From the NCBI RefSeq assembly GCF_965208055.1, contig NZ_CBDBNY010000004.1, positions 320,045 to 384,044 of the forward strand: DNA of 64,000 nt, in the 5' to 3' direction. Under the pieces are notes generated by a model. That model worked only from the letters and a program-made list of their open reading frames with translations. It did not search any database and was not told the DNA's origin. Made by a program: the position numbers and the translations under genes. Numbering within the stretch: the first letter of the stretch is position 1; the number at the start of each line of letters is the position of its first letter. The DNA comes from Candidatus Palauibacter sp. Lineage in GTDB: Bacteria; Gemmatimonadota; Gemmatimonadetes; Palauibacterales; Palauibacteraceae. Positions 26,768 through 36,794 of this stretch are shown piece by piece.

Positions 26768-28608
26768 CCCGTTTCTTTTCCCAGCCGTGCACTGAACTCG
26801 AAGTCCGTCCTTAGTCCGTAGCCCACGGGGAACAGCGGCTCGGCGGGCTCTCCCCGGGCGACATCGTTCGCGGGCCAGGCATGTGCGAGCCGGCCCCGAA
26901 AGTCGTGGTCGCCGAACAACACCTGGGCGACGCCGGCCCCCTCGGAGCCCGGCAGCCATGCGGCCACGAACGCGTCCGCCGCCTCCAGTTCCTCCGTGAC
27001 GACCAGCGGCCGCCCGGAGACCAGCACGGCCACGACCGGGAGATCTCGCGCTCTCAGCGAACGAATGGTGGCGAGATCCTCGGGGTGCAGCCGCGACAGC
27101 CGCAGGGTGTCGCCGTAGGGGCGGAGAAGGCCGGGCCCCGGTGCGGGGGCCTGGGCCTCGTCCACGCTCGGAGTCTCCGGAGGGCTTCCAGTCCAGTCTC
27201 GGATGTCGCCCATGCCCTCGGCGTAAGGCTTCTCCCCAATCACGACGATGGCCGCTTCAAGATGTCCGTCGTCCTCCGCCCCATCGCTCTCGCCGAACAG
27301 GTGCGCGCGCGGTGCGATCTGCCTGATGCCCTCCCACACGGATGCGCCCCCCTCGATCCGGTCGTTCCCCCGTACGCCCTGCCATTCGACTGTGAAGCCC
27401 CCACACAGCGCCCCCCGGTCATGCGCGATGCGCCCCGCGACGAGTATCCGCGCGTCACGGTCGAGCGGAAGGACATTCCCTTCATTCTTCAGCAACACCA
27501 GCGACTTTCGTACGGCCTCCCTCGCCACGTTGCGGTGGTCCGCTGACCCGAAGCTGGCGTGGTTCGACCACTTGCGGGCGGCTGGACGCGGCTGGTCGAA
27601 GAGCCCGCAGGCCTCCTTCACGGCGAGGATCCGCCCCACCGCATCATCGATGCGCGCTTCCTCGACGTTTCCGGCCTTCACCTGTCTCACGACTTCCGAG
27701 ATGAAGCGCTGCCATTGCGCCGGAACCATGAAGAGGTCGATCCCCGCGTTGACCGACCTCGCGACGGCCTCGCCAAAATCGTCCGAGATGGCGAAGATGC
27801 CGTTCCAGTCCGACACGACGAGCCCGGAGAAGCCCAGCTCGCCCTTGAGCACCTCCGTGATGAGATACCGGTGCTCATGACAGAGAGTCCCGTTCCAGCT
27901 GCTGAGCGAGACCATGACCGCGAGTGCGCCGACCTCCAGCGCCGGACCATATGGAGACACGTGCGTTCTCCGCAGCTCCGCCTCCTCCGCCAGGGTCTCC
28001 CCCTGATCCACGCCGTCCATCGTGCCGCCGTCGCCGACCCAGTGCTTCGGACAAGCGAGGACTCCGCCGGCGCCGAGACCTGCCTGCAGACCCCGTACGA
28101 TCCGGGGAGCGTATTCGGCGACCAGATCCGGTACTTCGGCGAAGCTCTCGTAGGTTCGGCCCCAGCGGCAGTCACCGGCGACGGCCAGCGTGGGCGCCAG
28201 GTTCCAGTCCAGCCCGGTCGCCAGTACCTCGCGGGCGGTCACGCGGGCGACGCGTTCCACGAGTGCCGGGTCGTGGGCCGCGCCGAGCCCGATATTGTGT
28301 GGGAAGACGGTGGCGCCGAGCACATTGTTGTGCCCGTGGATGGCGTCTACCGCGTACAGGAGGGGGATCCCGGGCTGCCCGTCCGAGCCTTCCGCGGAGG
28401 CCGCCCAGTAGGCGTCGTTCATCGCCACCCAGTCGGCCGGGCGGTTCCGGCCGGGGAACGAGCCGCCTCCGCTGAGCACCGAACCCACGCCGAAGTCCCG
28501 CACCTGTTCCGGCGTGATGTGCAGCCTCTCGGCCTGCACCATCTGCGCCGCCTTGCGGTGGAGGCTCAGCCGGGAGAGCAGGCCCGCCATCCTGGGTGAT
28601 GGCTTCAT
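26764..28608 (-). CDS. Glycoside hydrolase family 3 beta-glucosidase (BglX-like)
   Basis: GH3 motifs GFSGLVVSDW (nucleophile Asp region), KHWVGDGG, and a C-terminal alpha/beta sandwich domain. Stop overlaps the transporter stop region (convergent genes). Confidence 0.9.
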   Translation of the reverse strand: MKPSPRMAGLLSRLSLHRKAAQMVQAERLHITPEQVRDFGVGSVLSGGGSFPGRNRPADWVAMNDAYWAASAEGSDGQPGIPLLYAVDAIHGHNNVLGATVFPHNIGLGAAHDPALVERVARVTAREVLATGLDWNLAPTLAVAGDCRWGRTYESFAEVPDLVAEYAPRIVRGLQAGLGAGGVLACPKHWVGDGGTMDGVDQGETLAEEAELRRTHVSPYGPALEVGALAVMVSLSSWNGTLCHEHRYLITEVLKGELGFSGLVVSDWNGIFAISDDFGEAVARSVNAGIDLFMVPAQWQRFISEVVRQVKAGNVEEARIDDAVGRILAVKEACGLFDQPRPAARKWSNHASFGSADHRNVAREAVRKSLVLLKNEGNVLPLDRDARILVAGRIAHDRGALCGGFTVEWQGVRGNDRIEGGASVWEGIRQIAPRAHLFGESDGAEDDGHLEAAIVVIGEKPYAEGMGDIRDWTGSPPETPSVDEAQAPAPGPGLLRPYGDTLRLSRLHPEDLATIRSLRARDLPVVAVLVSGRPLVVTEELEAADAFVAAWLPGSEGAGVAQVLFGDHDFRGRLAHAWPANDVARGEPAEPLFPVGYGLRTDFEFSARLGKETG

Positions 28609-28633
28609 GTACGTCGCAGAAACCTCGCCGCCG

Positions 28634-31600
28634 TCACATCGCGATGTGGACGTACGTCCGGAGCTCCCACTCGCTCCCGCTGTCGCCGGAGCGCCCCGGC
28701 TCGCACATCGCGAAACCGTTGGCGTCGATGGTCGGGGCGGGGCAGTACCGCGGCGAGTTCATGTCCAGCGAACGCCATGTGGCGCGAACCCCGAACCGCG
28801 TGCCCGGCATATCGAACCACCCCGGCCGACCCAGCGAGTACGACAGATCGCCCATCAACTGGAACGGGAAGGTGTGGTTGAAGTCGCGGTGGTAGTCGTA
28901 CGGTCCCCAGTCGTTCACCCGGGCGAAGGTCTCCAGCTTGAGAGGTCCGCGGATCACGCGCAGATCCACGCCGTGCCGGCGGATCAGGCGCGGGCTGTCG
29001 CCATTGGGTTCGCCGGTGCCCGTATAGACGTTCGCGATGAACCCGGAGCCGCCCGAACTCTTCGAGACGAGGCGGGCCTTCAACTCCCACACGTCGCGCG
29101 CCGGCGGAGCGCCGGGGAAGGCGAAGATGGACCGTCCGTCGGCCAGGATCCCGATCCCGGCGTCCTGCGTGGTCCCGAAACTCTTGTAGGTGAACCCGAT
29201 GGTTGTCGCGAACGAAGCGTCCTCGCGAATGTCGCTGTCCCACGAATGCATCCAGGTCGCGGGCGTGGGGTCGTACGTGAGGAGGAACTCCATCGCCTTC
29301 GTTTCCCGGCTCCAGCCGCGGACGGCGAACGGGTCGTCGACGACGTTGCGCGGACGCGCGGGCGCGGGCGCGCCGGCCGGAATCGGGCCCACGACCGGCT
29401 TCTGCCAGAGGAAATTGGGTGCGATCTGCCAGTTGCCCGCATTCAGCGCCACGCCGGTGAGAACGTTGTACTGGTTCCCCATCCCGCTGTCGCGGAGCCA
29501 CCAGCCGGTGAAGGTCTGCGTTGCGGTGGGGCCACCTTCGGCAACCAGGCCCATGGCCGCACCCTGCACGTACCAGTTCCACCGGCCCTTGGTGAGGGTG
29601 AGCTTCGCCTTGGCGCCGAACGCGTCCTTCGCCTCGATCCGGTCCCCGAGCACCTCGTAGCTGCCGGGCTCGCCGCGCACGATCTGGAACTCTTCACCCT
29701 CCTTGGTGGAGCCGGACCAGATACCGCCCACCTCGAACACCGCGTCGCCGCGCGTGGCGGCCAGGTGCACGGTGGCTTTGCGCGTCGGCGGCAGCGGGAC
29801 CGCGAACGAACTTGCCACGGCCCCCTGTTCCGCGAGGTCTTCCTGGTAGACGAACGTAGTCTGGAACGGCCCCACGCTCTTCGTCAGCTTGCCGAGTACG
29901 GTGGGATTCGCGCCCCACCACAGCTCCGGCCCGAAGGCCACGGAGAGGCCGTTGAACAGCCGCTTGCCGTCGATCTCCACCCCAAGCGGCGCCATGCCAT
30001 TATAGATGTCGATATTCGGGCCATAGTTGGCTTCGCGGTACAGTCCGAAGAAATCGCCCTCGTACCCCCAGTGATAATGTCCGGTACGATAGAAGCCGTT
30101 CAGACGGAACCATGAATCGTCCCACGAGATGTTGGCCTGGTAGATCTTCAAACGCTCGAGGTCGCCGAGGACGAACTGCTCGCCGTCGGCCTCCACTCGG
30201 CGCGGACGGCCACGGTTCTCGTAGAAGATCTCGTCGACCGGATTGTTGGGGACCGCGCCGAGGACGTTGACGATGACTTCGCCCTCGATGCCCCCCGCCG
30301 GCCTCGCCTTGATACCGCCGTAAAATGATTGCATCTGATCGAAGCCGCGGAACGACGGCCGCCCGCGCGAGACGGTCGGCGCGTCCTCCGGCGTACTGAT
30401 GACCGTCCCGCCCGTGCTGAATGTCTCGAACTCGGCCCGCAGGGTGCTCACCTGGAAGCGATCGAGGATCGAGGAGGTGAACGCCGCGCGGTCACCTCGC
30501 GCCTGCAGTTCGGCCGTTTCGGGCATGATCGCGGAGAAATGCCGTGCGATCGTCTCCATCGTCGTCCCCGGACCGTAGGGGTCGAGTTCGTACGCGTCGC
30601 GGAGGGCATAGAACGCGGCGCGGGGGAACAGTTCGTAGAGGCCCTGGTTGTCGGTCGGCCCCTTGGCGACGATGCCCCACCATTCCTCGTTCATGTTGTT
30701 CCGGCCGGGCACGTAGTCGTCCGGATACGCGCTGTTGGCCCAGGAGGCGTTGATGTCCTGAACGTCGAGGTTGTCCTCCTGCCCGAACTTCCACCAGCCG
30801 TCCGTCCACTGGAAGGTCATCCCGCCGATGGAATTGCCCACGCCTCCCTTGCCCGCGGATTCCGCGTAGATCTCCTGCCACTGGTCGAGGAGATAACGGG
30901 TCTGCATGAGCTGGTCCTCGCGCATCGTGCGCGCGTTCCAGACGTCGGCCCCGAACTCGGTGAACAGCACGGCCATCCCGAGCTTCTCGTCCACCTCCTC
31001 GAAGAAGTCGTTGAAGGACCGGCCGCGGTACACGTTGGAGCCGAGCACGTCGAGGTTACCCGCCTCTTCGGCGATGAGGTCGATGTACTGCAGGTCCCCG
31101 TTCGCGTAGGCGACTGGGCGCGTGGGGTCCATCTCCTTGATGAGTTCCGTCGCGTCCCCGACCAGCGAATACAGGTAGCGGGCGCGGCCGGTGTCGCGCT
31201 CGCCCTCGGGCATGTCCTCGGTCTCCGCCGAACTCCAGAAGAGACCGTAGTTGTTCTCGTTGCCGAGCAGCCACATGAGCACACCCGGCGTGTCCTTGAA
31301 TTCTCGCACCATGTCCTCGACCTCGGCGAGGACGACCGCGCGCGACTCGGGGTCCGCGTAGTTGGTGTTCGCGTCGAACACCCCGTTCACGGTGACACCG
31401 TAGCGGCCGAGGGCGTGGTTGAGAACCGTGTAGATCCCGTAGTTCTTCCAGATGTACTCGACCCACTGCGGCGTGATCCCGACGTAGGCCCGGATCGCAT
31501 TCACGCCCATGGCCCGGGCGAGGCCCATCTCCCGGTCGAGCGCCGCCTTGATCAGGTCGTCGGACTCGGTCCAGAAGTTGTAGTTGTAGGTCGTTCCGCG

Positions 31601-31825
31601 CGGAAAGTAGTCCCAGTTAATGCCGAGGACCATGAAGTCGTCGCCGTCCACCTGCAGCCTGATCCCGCTATCGTCCGCGATCAGTTCGATCTCGGGAAGG
31701 GGCGGATCGCCGGATTGCTGCGCGGCGAGGCCGGGGGTGCCCCCAAGGCAAATGAGAACCGCGACCGAGACAACGCTGAGGCGGAACCGGCGCGGCCGGA
31801 GTTGCGTGGAAATGACGCTTGGCAT
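28634..31825 (-). CDS. Secreted ~1060-aa protein with an N-terminal clan GH-A (GH5-like) TIM-barrel hydrolase and a ~650-aa C-terminal domain of unknown function
   Basis: ATG at 31825 followed by signal peptide MPSVISTQLRPRRFRLSVVSVAVLICLGGTPGLAAQ. Putative acid/base LLGNENNYG and nucleophile AVLFTEFGADVW. C-terminal two-thirds are rich in Gly/aromatic beta-strand segments with no motif I recognise. The 1213-aa ORF in the track over-extends the N-terminus. Confidence 0.6.
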   Translation of the reverse strand: MPSVISTQLRPRRFRLSVVSVAVLICLGGTPGLAAQQSGDPPLPEIELIADDSGIRLQVDGDDFMVLGINWDYFPRGTTYNYNFWTESDDLIKAALDREMGLARAMGVNAIRAYVGITPQWVEYIWKNYGIYTVLNHALGRYGVTVNGVFDANTNYADPESRAVVLAEVEDMVREFKDTPGVLMWLLGNENNYGLFWSSAETEDMPEGERDTGRARYLYSLVGDATELIKEMDPTRPVAYANGDLQYIDLIAEEAGNLDVLGSNVYRGRSFNDFFEEVDEKLGMAVLFTEFGADVWNARTMREDQLMQTRYLLDQWQEIYAESAGKGGVGNSIGGMTFQWTDGWWKFGQEDNLDVQDINASWANSAYPDDYVPGRNNMNEEWWGIVAKGPTDNQGLYELFPRAAFYALRDAYELDPYGPGTTMETIARHFSAIMPETAELQARGDRAAFTSSILDRFQVSTLRAEFETFSTGGTVISTPEDAPTVSRGRPSFRGFDQMQSFYGGIKARPAGGIEGEVIVNVLGAVPNNPVDEIFYENRGRPRRVEADGEQFVLGDLERLKIYQANISWDDSWFRLNGFYRTGHYHWGYEGDFFGLYREANYGPNIDIYNGMAPLGVEIDGKRLFNGLSVAFGPELWWGANPTVLGKLTKSVGPFQTTFVYQEDLAEQGAVASSFAVPLPPTRKATVHLAATRGDAVFEVGGIWSGSTKEGEEFQIVRGEPGSYEVLGDRIEAKDAFGAKAKLTLTKGRWNWYVQGAAMGLVAEGGPTATQTFTGWWLRDSGMGNQYNVLTGVALNAGNWQIAPNFLWQKPVVGPIPAGAPAPARPRNVVDDPFAVRGWSRETKAMEFLLTYDPTPATWMHSWDSDIREDASFATTIGFTYKSFGTTQDAGIGILADGRSIFAFPGAPPARDVWELKARLVSKSSGGSGFIANVYTGTGEPNGDSPRLIRRHGVDLRVIRGPLKLETFARVNDWGPYDYHRDFNHTFPFQLMGDLSYSLGRPGWFDMPGTRFGVRATWRSLDMNSPRYCPAPTIDANGFAMCEPGRSGDSGSEWELRTYVHIAM

Positions 31826-31905
31826 GACCGCCTCTGCTTCCCGAGACTCGTGATGGTCCAATTCGACTTTCCAACGTAGGACGTGCAGCCGAGAAACCGC
31901 CAGAA

Positions 31906-32565
31906 TCAGCGGGGCGGGCCGATCCCCGCGGAGAGCGTCACCGCGCTGGCCGAATAGCCGTAGTCGAGCAGGACATCGGGAATCTCCCGCGTCCACTCGG
32001 TCACCGAGCGCGAGTAGCCGAGGCGCACATCGACCAGCCAACCCCTGTCGAGCAGCAACCCGAGCCCGATCGTCGCCGGCAGGCGGGCGCGCTGCTCTCG
32101 CCGCTCTCCCCGTTCTCCGTTCTCCGGGTTGACGCCGCTCGTCGCGAATTCGCTCCACATCCGACGGATCCCGCCGAACACATAGCCCTGCGTCGAGTTG
32201 CCCCCGGCACCGAGTCCGAGGAGTACGTTGACCCCGACTCCGAACCGGTCGTGGAGGTCCCACTCGCCGGGCCACACATCGTGCGGTTCGCCGTTCGGCG
32301 TGGGTTCGATCGTCCCCTCGATCTTTCCCCGGCCGGCAAGCACTCCCTCGAATTCCAGGCCCGCGAGCAGTCCCCCGAGGACCCGCGTGCGGAGCCCGAT
32401 GGAGGGGTTGATCGCGAAGGTCGGACCCGAGGCCGCCGTGGCGCTCTCGCTCGACCCGCCGCCCGCCGTCACGCGCTTGGAGTGTTCCGCGGAGAGCCAG
32501 CCGGCCTCGGGCGCCAGCCGAAGGAACATCTCGGACTGGGCGCGGACCGACGGCGCGGTCAGCAT
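31906..32565 (-). CDS. Putative small outer-membrane beta-barrel protein
   Basis: Alternating Gly/aromatic beta-strand pattern and a C-terminal aromatic-rich end. The frame is open upstream with a basic/hydrophobic signal-like stretch (RRRRRDRAIFASVIRLAGPATLAVCVSM), so the true start is probably a non-ATG codon upstream of 32565. Confidence 0.35.
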   Translation of the reverse strand: MLTAPSVRAQSEMFLRLAPEAGWLSAEHSKRVTAGGGSSESATAASGPTFAINPSIGLRTRVLGGLLAGLEFEGVLAGRGKIEGTIEPTPNGEPHDVWPGEWDLHDRFGVGVNVLLGLGAGGNSTQGYVFGGIRRMWSEFATSGVNPENGERGERREQRARLPATIGLGLLLDRGWLVDVRLGYSRSVTEWTREIPDVLLDYGYSASAVTLSAGIGPPR

Positions 32566-32606
32566 GGAGACGCAGACAGCGAGCGTGGCGGGTCCGGCGA
32601 GCCGGA

Positions 32607-33085
32607 TTACTGAGGCGAAGATTGCCCGGTCACGGCGACGACGCCGCAGTTGGTGAGGAGGCGCTGCGCGTCCGCTCTTCCGGAGTCCGAGGGTCCGAGC
32701 TGATTCTCGCCCTGCTCCTCCTCGTCGTCGAGCCCGCTGACGAAGCCGATGTCATGGTCCGCGACCCGCGAGGCGACGACGCGAATGTGGGTGTTCCCCG
32801 TGGCGGGATTGTCGAACACGCTCGCCGTGAGGACATCGTGCTCGGCGGCTCCGGTGAAGAGTTCCTGCACGGCGCCGGACGTCTGCCTGCGGCCCCGGAC
32901 GAAGCCGGCCTCGAGGTTGCCGTCCTCGATCGTGTAATCCATGAGGTTCAGTTGGGCGACCGCGCAACGATAAGCGGTCTCCAGTCCGGGCGGGGCGACG
33001 CCCTGGAAGGAGACGGGCGCGGTGGAACAGCCCGCGAGCAGCAGCACAAGGAACGGGACGACACGACGGGTGGCTCGTTTCATGG
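32607..33085 (-). CDS. Hypothetical lipoprotein (159 aa)
   Basis: MKRATRRVVPFLVLLLAGCS lipobox. Acidic segment DDEEEQGE. First gene of the minus-strand operon containing the GH-A and GH3 genes. The 291-aa ORF in the track over-extends the start. Confidence 0.5.
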
Positions 33086-33176
33086 TGCTCCAATCTTCAT
33101 GATGGCCGTCCGGCGCGCCAGCGGAATGCACGTTCGCGGGTTGCAGAAGGTCCGGAGCCGGGGCGACCATGGGAGC

Positions 33177-34148
33177 ATGGCGCCTCGAACCCACCCCCCG
33201 ACGCTCCGCGCCGCCGCCACGATTGCGGTGACGCTCGCGGGCCTGCTCGCCGCGGGCGCCTGCGGGCCGCGGGCCGAAACGGTCCCGGCCGGGAGATCTC
33301 CAAAGGTTCTGCTCATCGGTATCGACGGCGTCCGCCCGGATGTGCTCGCGGAGGTGCCGACCCCGGCGATGGACTCCCTCGCCGCGAGCGGATGGTACAC
33401 CCCGGACGCGCGCACGACGACCCCATCGGTGAGCGGCCCGGCCTGGTCTTCGATCCTCACCGGCGTGTGGCCGGAGAAACACGGTGTGCTGGATAACGGT
33501 TTCGAGGGGCGGCGATACCGGGAGTATCCGGGTTTTCTCGCGCGCATCGAGCAGGATCGTCCGACCCTCGGCACGTTCGCGGCCCTCGACTGGATGCCGC
33601 TCGCATCACTCGAAGGCGGTGGCCCGGTACTCTCCGGCGCGGTCGACACGCTGTTCGCCGTGGACGGGTACGACCTCGGGTGGGCGGAGGCGGACAGCGT
33701 CGTCGCGGCGCGCGCGGCGGAACATCTTGCGGCGGCAGATCCCGATGCAGCCTTCGTATACCTGGGCAATCCGGATGAGACGAGTCACCGGCACGGATCG
33801 ATCGGCGCCGAGTACCGCGAGGCGATTGCCCTCTCGGATCGCCACGTCGGCTGGCTGATGGAGGCGCTCCGAGCCCGGCCCACGTACGGGGAGGAAGACT
33901 GGCTCGTGCTCATCAGCACGGACCACGGCCGGCGCGAAGACGGCGGCCACGGCGGGGACTCGCCGGAAGAGATGACGATCTTCATCCTAGCCAGCGGCGT
34001 GGCGACGCAAAGCTGGCCTGCGGCGGGATCCGGCCCCACCTACATCGTCGATGTACCGGTCACGGCGCTCGATCACCTCGGCATGGAGTTCGACCCCGAC
34101 GCCGGACTCGACGGGAAACCGCTCTCCCGGGGCCCCAGCGGCCCGTAG
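33177..34148 (+). CDS. Alkaline-phosphatase-superfamily type I phosphodiesterase / nucleotide pyrophosphatase-like lipoprotein
   Basis: Lipobox LLAAGAC. Core motif LLIGIDGVRPD (metal-binding Asp plus catalytic residue region) and HG...DHGR. Confidence 0.7.
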   Translation: MAPRTHPPTLRAAATIAVTLAGLLAAGACGPRAETVPAGRSPKVLLIGIDGVRPDVLAEVPTPAMDSLAASGWYTPDARTTTPSVSGPAWSSILTGVWPEKHGVLDNGFEGRRYREYPGFLARIEQDRPTLGTFAALDWMPLASLEGGGPVLSGAVDTLFAVDGYDLGWAEADSVVAARAAEHLAAADPDAAFVYLGNPDETSHRHGSIGAEYREAIALSDRHVGWLMEALRARPTYGEEDWLVLISTDHGRREDGGHGGDSPEEMTIFILASGVATQSWPAAGSGPTYIVDVPVTALDHLGMEFDPDAGLDGKPLSRGPSGP

Positions 34149-34164
34149 CCGCGAGCTGCCGGGC

Positions 34165-35388
34165 CTACGCGTCGTCCTCCGGCTCAGCGGAAAGCAGTTC
34201 GTAGAGGACCACGCTCTCGACGCCCAGTTCGTCCCTGAACACGCCGAGTGCGCGGCCTCCCGCAACGTCGAGAATCCGTACCCGCTCCGGCACCTGGACT
34301 TCGCCGAGCCAGCGCCCGTCGTCCGCGAGAATCGAATAGTGGGTTACGCCGTTGAGTGCGGCATCGGCGGTCCAGCGCCCGAGCCAGACGCGGCCTTCCC
34401 GGTCGCCGAAGAGCTGGCTGACCAGGGGAAGAGGCTCGTCCGGTACCAGTTCGTAGTCGGCGAAGACGCGCGCCACCATCTCTTCGAACTCCGTCTCGGA
34501 CTGGATCTGCGGGTTCACCCTGCGGAGTTGGGTCCTCAGCGAGGTGGTGAACGCCCGCCAGTCCTCTTCGGCGGGGTAGGCTGGTGCCCGGCGCCACCGC
34601 ACGATCTGGTGGATCGTCCCGTTGGAGTTGCGCCACACGATCTCGGGCGTGTCGTCCCGCAGGTACACGAACCTTCCCCGCGAGACAGTCACCACCCCGC
34701 CCGGCATGAAGGGATTCCTCGGTCCATCTTCCGGCGATGACGGAACCCAGTCGTATGCCGCGACCGTGTCGAGCACACCGGCGTCCATGTCGAAGCGGAC
34801 CATGTGCCCCTGAAGCCACGGCTCCCGGAAGCCGCGCCGGTAACTCCCGCTCGTCATCAGCGCCTGCCCTTCGGCGTTCAGGCCCTCCACCCTCAGACTC
34901 CGGTTCAGGAAGCGCGTATCCACTTCGCGGACCGCTGCGCCGCCGGCGAACAGCGTAAGGCGGGCATGTCCGAGATCCTCGATGAGCAGGGTGTCGCCCC
35001 CGGCGGGCAGGAGTCCGACGATCATGTCGATTTCGCCGGGTCCGTCTCCGGGACCCGCGAGAAGTCCCCGGAAGGTCCCGTCCGATTCGAGCAGGACGAT
35101 TTCCCGGTTGAACGCGTCGGCCACGGCGGCGCTGCCGTCCGAGAGCAGCACACCCCTCCAGATGCTCTGAAAGGCGTAGTCTTCGAGTCCGGCGCCGTAC
35201 CTGTAGAGCGGCGGCGACGAGAAGGCGAAGGGGCTGGCGGGCTCCGGCGCCGTCTCGTATTCGACGATTCGGATCCCGGCACTGTCGTGGACGGACGGTC
35301 CCGATGCGGGCGGTGAATCCGCCTCGCACGCGGTCGCGGCGCCGGCCAGAATGCAGGACAGCAGCCCCGCTGTGGCGCGGCGGTTCAT
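34165..35388 (-). CDS. Hypothetical beta-propeller-like lipoprotein; paralogue of the 44931-46256 and 46370-47959 genes
   Basis: Lipobox ILAGAATAC. Repeated propeller-like segments. Shares its C-terminal end pattern with the tandem pair at 44.9-48 kb. Confidence 0.5.
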   Translation of the reverse strand: MNRRATAGLLSCILAGAATACEADSPPASGPSVHDSAGIRIVEYETAPEPASPFAFSSPPLYRYGAGLEDYAFQSIWRGVLLSDGSAAVADAFNREIVLLESDGTFRGLLAGPGDGPGEIDMIVGLLPAGGDTLLIEDLGHARLTLFAGGAAVREVDTRFLNRSLRVEGLNAEGQALMTSGSYRRGFREPWLQGHMVRFDMDAGVLDTVAAYDWVPSSPEDGPRNPFMPGGVVTVSRGRFVYLRDDTPEIVWRNSNGTIHQIVRWRRAPAYPAEEDWRAFTTSLRTQLRRVNPQIQSETEFEEMVARVFADYELVPDEPLPLVSQLFGDREGRVWLGRWTADAALNGVTHYSILADDGRWLGEVQVPERVRILDVAGGRALGVFRDELGVESVVLYELLSAEPEDDA

Positions 35389-35554
35389 GCGGCCTCCTCA
35401 AGCCAATCGAACGGTCGTCTGAGGGGTCGACACGCTGAAGTCCCCGAACGGTTGCGCGCACGCCGGCGCGGCCTTCGCCCGAACGCTGGCGGGAGATGCC
35501 GATGTCGCGCCAGTTTGGGGCAGGGAAGATTTTACACCAGGAACGGGGGATGAG

Positions 35555-36754
35555 ATGTCCGAGATGAATCGTCGTGGTTTCATCGGTCGGGGTCTGAGCC
35601 TTGGCGCCGCGGCGGCGGTCGCGGGGGCCGTTCCCGCGCGCGCTTCGGTCCGCGAGGGGCGGCCGGCGCTGGCGTCGAGCGGACGCGCGCAGACGCCGGT
35701 GATGATTACCAGCCACACGAACGACACGGGCCGACGCGCGGCCACGGCGTCGTGGCAGGTCCTGTCGGCCGGCGGCGCGGCGATGGACGCCGTCGAGCGC
35801 GGCGCGAACATCGTGGAACTCGACCCCGACGGGACCGGGGTCGGCTGGGGCGGCCTCCCGAACGCGGACGGGGTCGTGCAGCTCGACGCGTCCGTCATGG
35901 ACGGGGCCACGTACAACGCCGGTTCCGTGGCCGGCATCGAGGGGATCCGCACTCCCGCCTCGGTGGCCCGGCTCGTCATGGAGCGCACGGATCACGTCAT
36001 GCTGATCGGCGAGTACGCGCAGCGCTTCGCGGTCGGTTTCGGCTTCAAGGTTCAGGACCTGATGACGCCGAAATCCCGCGAGGTCTGGCTCCGCTGGCGC
36101 GAGCGGATGTCCGACACAGACGACTGGGGTCCCCCGGACCACCTGAGGCGCCCGGGCGGGGGATCCGGCGGTGGCGGGCTCGCCCGCGCCGGGTTCGGCG
36201 AGGATGCCGCGAGGCGCGAAGCGGAAGAATGGGCGGAACTGCTCAACCTGCCCGGCCGCGACGGCCCGGACCGGGACTACGTGCTGGCCGAGGCCCTCAT
36301 CCACCGCTACGGGACGACGAACGTGCTCGCCGTCGACGCGCAGGGGAACGTCTCCGGCATCACGACGACGAGCGGCCTGGCGTGGAAAGTTCCGGGCCGC
36401 GTGGGCGACTCGCCGATCATCGGCGCCGGCCTTTACGTCGACAACGACATCGGCGCCGCCGCCGTCACCGGGCGGGGCGAAGACGTGATCAAGTCGTGCG
36501 CCGGATACTACATCGTCTCGCGGATGGGTGCGGGCCGCACGCCGCAGCAGGCGTGTGAGGACGCCGTGGCGATGATCCGCCACAAGTACCGGAACGTGGC
36601 GCCGGACTTCATCCCGTCCGAGAAGTTCGTCGCGATCAACAAGGACGGGGACCATGGCTGCGCGTGGATGCCCTTCCGCGACACGCCGCCCCGCATGACG
36701 GTGGCGAACGCGGACGGGATCCAGACGTACGAGGGGGTGAGCGTCGCCGACTGA
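35555..36754 (+). CDS. Ntn-hydrolase asparaginase_2 family protein (glycosylasparaginase / isoaspartyl peptidase) with a Tat signal
   Basis: Tat motif RRGFIGRG. Autoproteolytic nucleophile region GTTNVLAVDAQGNVSGITTTSGLAWKVPGRVGDSPIIGAGLYVDN. Confidence 0.85.
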   Translation: MSEMNRRGFIGRGLSLGAAAAVAGAVPARASVREGRPALASSGRAQTPVMITSHTNDTGRRAATASWQVLSAGGAAMDAVERGANIVELDPDGTGVGWGGLPNADGVVQLDASVMDGATYNAGSVAGIEGIRTPASVARLVMERTDHVMLIGEYAQRFAVGFGFKVQDLMTPKSREVWLRWRERMSDTDDWGPPDHLRRPGGGSGGGGLARAGFGEDAARREAEEWAELLNLPGRDGPDRDYVLAEALIHRYGTTNVLAVDAQGNVSGITTTSGLAWKVPGRVGDSPIIGAGLYVDNDIGAAAVTGRGEDVIKSCAGYYIVSRMGAGRTPQQACEDAVAMIRHKYRNVAPDFIPSEKFVAINKDGDHGCAWMPFRDTPPRMTVANADGIQTYEGVSVAD

Positions 36755-36794
36755 CGAGGCGCCCGACCCGGACCCCGAGTCCGACGCGTCCGAG

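Noticed and set aside
28514-31879. ORFs 28514-30115(+) and 30329-31879(+) inside the GH-A gene
   Set aside because: Antisense to a 1064-aa protein with signal peptide and GH-A catalytic motifs.
34184-36655. 823-aa minus-strand ORF spanning the asparaginase-family gene and upstream region
   Set aside because: Overlaps a Tat-signal Ntn hydrolase with a clear family signature on the plus strand. Arg/Gly-rich.
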